Assembly (NCBI GenBank): GCA_046758365.1
Contig: JBHIAC010000057.1
Coordinates: 1 to 18,036, forward strand
Direction: 5' to 3'
DNA length: 18,036 bases
From: a bacterium
GTDB taxonomy: Bacteria > Zhuqueibacterota > Zhuqueibacteria > Oceanimicrobiales > Oceanimicrobiaceae
Shown here: one piece after another, positions 15,809-18,036 of the stretch
Layout of the letters: each line of letters begins with the position of its first letter
How positions within the stretch are numbered: the stretch's first letter is position 1
Translations under genes and position numbers: made by a program
The notes under the pieces: model-generated
Told to the model about the DNA's origin: nothing
Seen by the model: only the letters and a program-made list of their open reading frames with translations
Database searches by the model: none

Positions 15809-16213
15809 TTAATTTGAAAATAGTCGAATCTGATTAGTTAGAATATGTCACGACTGGAGATACGAGCCTGGAGAAGCAGGCTAAATTTATTAGAAAATAC
15901 AAAAAAAATTCGCGTGATTTTTAAAGTATGTGGAGCGAATTGTATCAATTTTTATGAAGTTTTAACACTTTACATGGTAGAGGAGTTTGCTAAAAATTCT
16001 TTTTTAAATATTTCTTTTAAGCTTCGGACTTGTTCGGTAGCTTAATTCAGATATAAACAAATTTTAATACACTGGAATATTTGAAGATCTAAAAAGTAGA
16101 ACTTTAGAGATGATATTTACTAATATCCTAAGTTTGACAGTTGCTTTTATAAGTATATGTTTTTATTAGCCCAAAATGGGCTTACTAGACTACAAATTAA
16201 TTTTTAATCGATT

Positions 16214-17854
16214 TTAGTGTATCTGTTCTTTGAAAACTGCTTCTGGCATTGGTTCAATCTTAAGGGCTTTAAGGATTTTCTTGTGTTCGGGTCCGAGTGT
16301 AATCGATTGGTAGAAACGGCGACCCGCTAAAACGTTCTCAATCAGCCGAATCTCTCCGAGCTTCTCAATGGCTTTCAGGGCTGAGTAAGGAGATGAAGCT
16401 CGCTTGAGTTCCTGATCAATCACTTTCTGGATGTAATAAGCTAAAACGCAAACCAACACATGACCACGTACTCGGCTCTCGCTCCGGTGATACATGGGAC
16501 GAATCTCCACAAAGCTCTTGATGGTGCGAAAGGCGCGCTCAATTTCGGAGAGATTCTTGTAGGCCTCAATGATCTGGACTGGCGAGAGGGAGCGGTTGCT
16601 GCTCTTTAACACAAATTTACCCGCTACCAATCGCTCCTGCTCAAGCGCTTTGGTATGAGGCTGGTACCACACTTTGCCATCCCTCAGACCGTAGAGAAAA
16701 TAGCGGTTGATGTTCCATATGCGAGCGATCGCTTTGAGCATGCCATCAGAAGGGCGTCTACCTTGAAGAATTTTCTGGATAGCCGCCTCCTTCTCGGCCA
16801 GCTTGCTCTCCAAACGAGCTAGCTCCTCTTCGGCCACCTTGGGGTTGTGACAGACCAGGTATCGGAGGTCACCTTTGACCACTTCCAAATATTTCAATTT
16901 CGTGATCTCTTGGCCGGCCGCATCAACCTTAAGCTCTTGGTAACGGTTGAGATCGGGTTCGATGACCGCAGCGGATTCACGAAGGTGGCGTTTGCGAAGC
17001 GCAAAGATATATTCATAGTTCAGGCGCTCCAACTCAGCGATATTATCTGGACTGACCATACCGCGGTCACCGATAAAAATACATTGGTCAATCTGAAAAC
17101 GCCCTTTGAGCCGCTCAAGCATATCTACCACGGTTTGGGAGTCCTTGCGGCTGCCTTCATAAATCTCATGACCAATGGGTAAGCCGCCCTTGGTGATGGC
17201 CAAAGCTAAAATGATCTGGTTATTCTCAGGCTTACCGTCTTGAGAATGGCCCCGTTCGGCAATCCCTGGCCCTTCGCCCTCAAAGTAGGTGGAGGTGACA
17301 TCAAAAAACACCAGGTCAACGCTTTGACGGAAAAGGTCCACCTGCTTGTGAAAAAGCACCCCTTCTAACTCATCCCGGATCTTTTCCAAATAATCTAACG
17401 TCCTGAGAATTTGATGATAGTCAAAAGAGTTCTGGGCTTCGAAATACACCGTCTTCTGCCACTCGGTAAGGGCGAGTTTACTCATGGGATCCACGCAACG
17501 ATTCAGCACCATAAGCTGAGTACAGAGAGCCACATCAAACCCAACTTTGGTATTGGCAACAAGTCGCTGAATGGCCTGGCCAATCTCTAAGCGATGCCAA
17601 AGCGTGCTGACCAAATAGCAGTCCCCATAACGAAATTGCCGCTCATGTTCGAGCTTCAGGCTATCTAAGGGATAGGGCGATTCCTTGAGGCGGTTGAGAC
17701 TGCGAATAAGCCCATCGATCTGCACCTCGGAAAGAGCACCCAAATTGGCCAGCACGCGATGCTTGACCTTGCCGTCCTCACGATAGGATTGGACAATCTG
17801 GTAGTAGGGAATTTTACGCTTAGCTTTTGTAGAAAAAGATTTCTTAATAAACAC
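16214..17854 (-). CDS. IS1634-family DDE transposase
   Basis: N-terminal YYQIVQSYREDGKVKHRVLANLG; DDE motifs FFDVTSTYFEG, IGDRGM and IERAFRTIKS; also GHSQDG and IRPMYH...RVRGHV. Confidence 0.92.
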   Translation of the reverse strand: MFIKKSFSTKAKRKIPYYQIVQSYREDGKVKHRVLANLGALSEVQIDGLIRSLNRLKESPYPLDSLKLEHERQFRYGDCYLVSTLWHRLEIGQAIQRLVANTKVGFDVALCTQLMVLNRCVDPMSKLALTEWQKTVYFEAQNSFDYHQILRTLDYLEKIRDELEGVLFHKQVDLFRQSVDLVFFDVTSTYFEGEGPGIAERGHSQDGKPENNQIILALAITKGGLPIGHEIYEGSRKDSQTVVDMLERLKGRFQIDQCIFIGDRGMVSPDNIAELERLNYEYIFALRKRHLRESAAVIEPDLNRYQELKVDAAGQEITKLKYLEVVKGDLRYLVCHNPKVAEEELARLESKLAEKEAAIQKILQGRRPSDGMLKAIARIWNINRYFLYGLRDGKVWYQPHTKALEQERLVAGKFVLKSSNRSLSPVQIIEAYKNLSEIERAFRTIKSFVEIRPMYHRSESRVRGHVLVCVLAYYIQKVIDQELKRASSPYSALKAIEKLGEIRLIENVLAGRRFYQSITLGPEHKKILKALKIEPMPEAVFKEQIH

Positions 17855-17859
17855 AATGG

Positions 17860-17888
17860 AATATACTACAATCTAAAGCAAAAAGCAA
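17860..17888 (-). promoter_or_regulatory. Transposase promoter, probably giving a leaderless mRNA
   Basis: TTGCTT, 17-nt spacer, TATATT ending 5 nt before the GTG start, with no Shine-Dalgarno. Confidence 0.55.
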
Positions 17889-18036
17889 GTAAAATATGCA
17901 TAAAATACCTTAATCACCCTATTTTTACTAGACTACATTTTAGCGCAGTTTTCAAAGAACATGTGTTGTTTTTTATAAAGTTATCGAGCTCGAGGCCTAG
18001 AAAATGGGCTTGAAAGTGTCAAACTTGAGTAATAAA

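Larger units (their letters stand above)
16127..18029 (-). mobile_element. IS1634-family insertion sequence, apparently complete (~1.9 kb)
   Basis: The terminal inverted repeats CCTAAGTTTGACAG and GTGTCAAACTTGAG share the core AAGTTTGACA. The flanks TAATAT (16121-16126) and TAATAA (18030-18035) are a near-perfect target duplication. The transposase is GC-richer than the flanks. Confidence 0.82.

Noticed and set aside
15845..16045. 66-aa ORF next to the IS
   Set aside because: No RBS or recognisable motif, in AT-rich sequence. It cannot be supported, though it is not excluded.
1203..18013. Numerous short antisense or overlapping ORFs in the track (e.g. 1203-1409, 4161-4625, 7938-8369, 16847-17182, 17759-18013)
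   Set aside because: They are shadows of well-supported genes and show no motifs of their own.

Overview
Bacterial accessory/signalling region with four blocks. (1) 167-2178: a membrane-bound SpoIIE/RsbU-type PP2C phosphatase, a truncated DHH phosphoesterase and a stand-alone diadenylate cyclase (DacZ-like RHM variant). (2) 2371-6671: a YtrA-like operon with a consensus promoter overlapped by a palindromic operator. It is led by an unusual GntR-GAF-PP2C fusion, followed by a paralogous small GntR, an ABC ATPase, two paralogous permease-like genes and a relic of a third, then a REP-rich spacer. (3) 7281-10600: an exported CocE/NonD hydrolase and a sodium:solute symporter. (4) An AT-rich minus-strand cluster, which is the most interesting part: a protease-less TPR protein that is a colinear paralog of the N-terminal TPR region of the neighbouring membrane-anchored TPR-CHAT caspase-like protease, then an unannotated 18-aa peptide ORF (MQEYKQDQIADPRDGPGE, perfect Shine-Dalgarno) just before a strong bidirectional terminator. 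A small divergent gene and a complete IS1634-family element end the window. All calls come from reading the sequence by eye; no searches were run.
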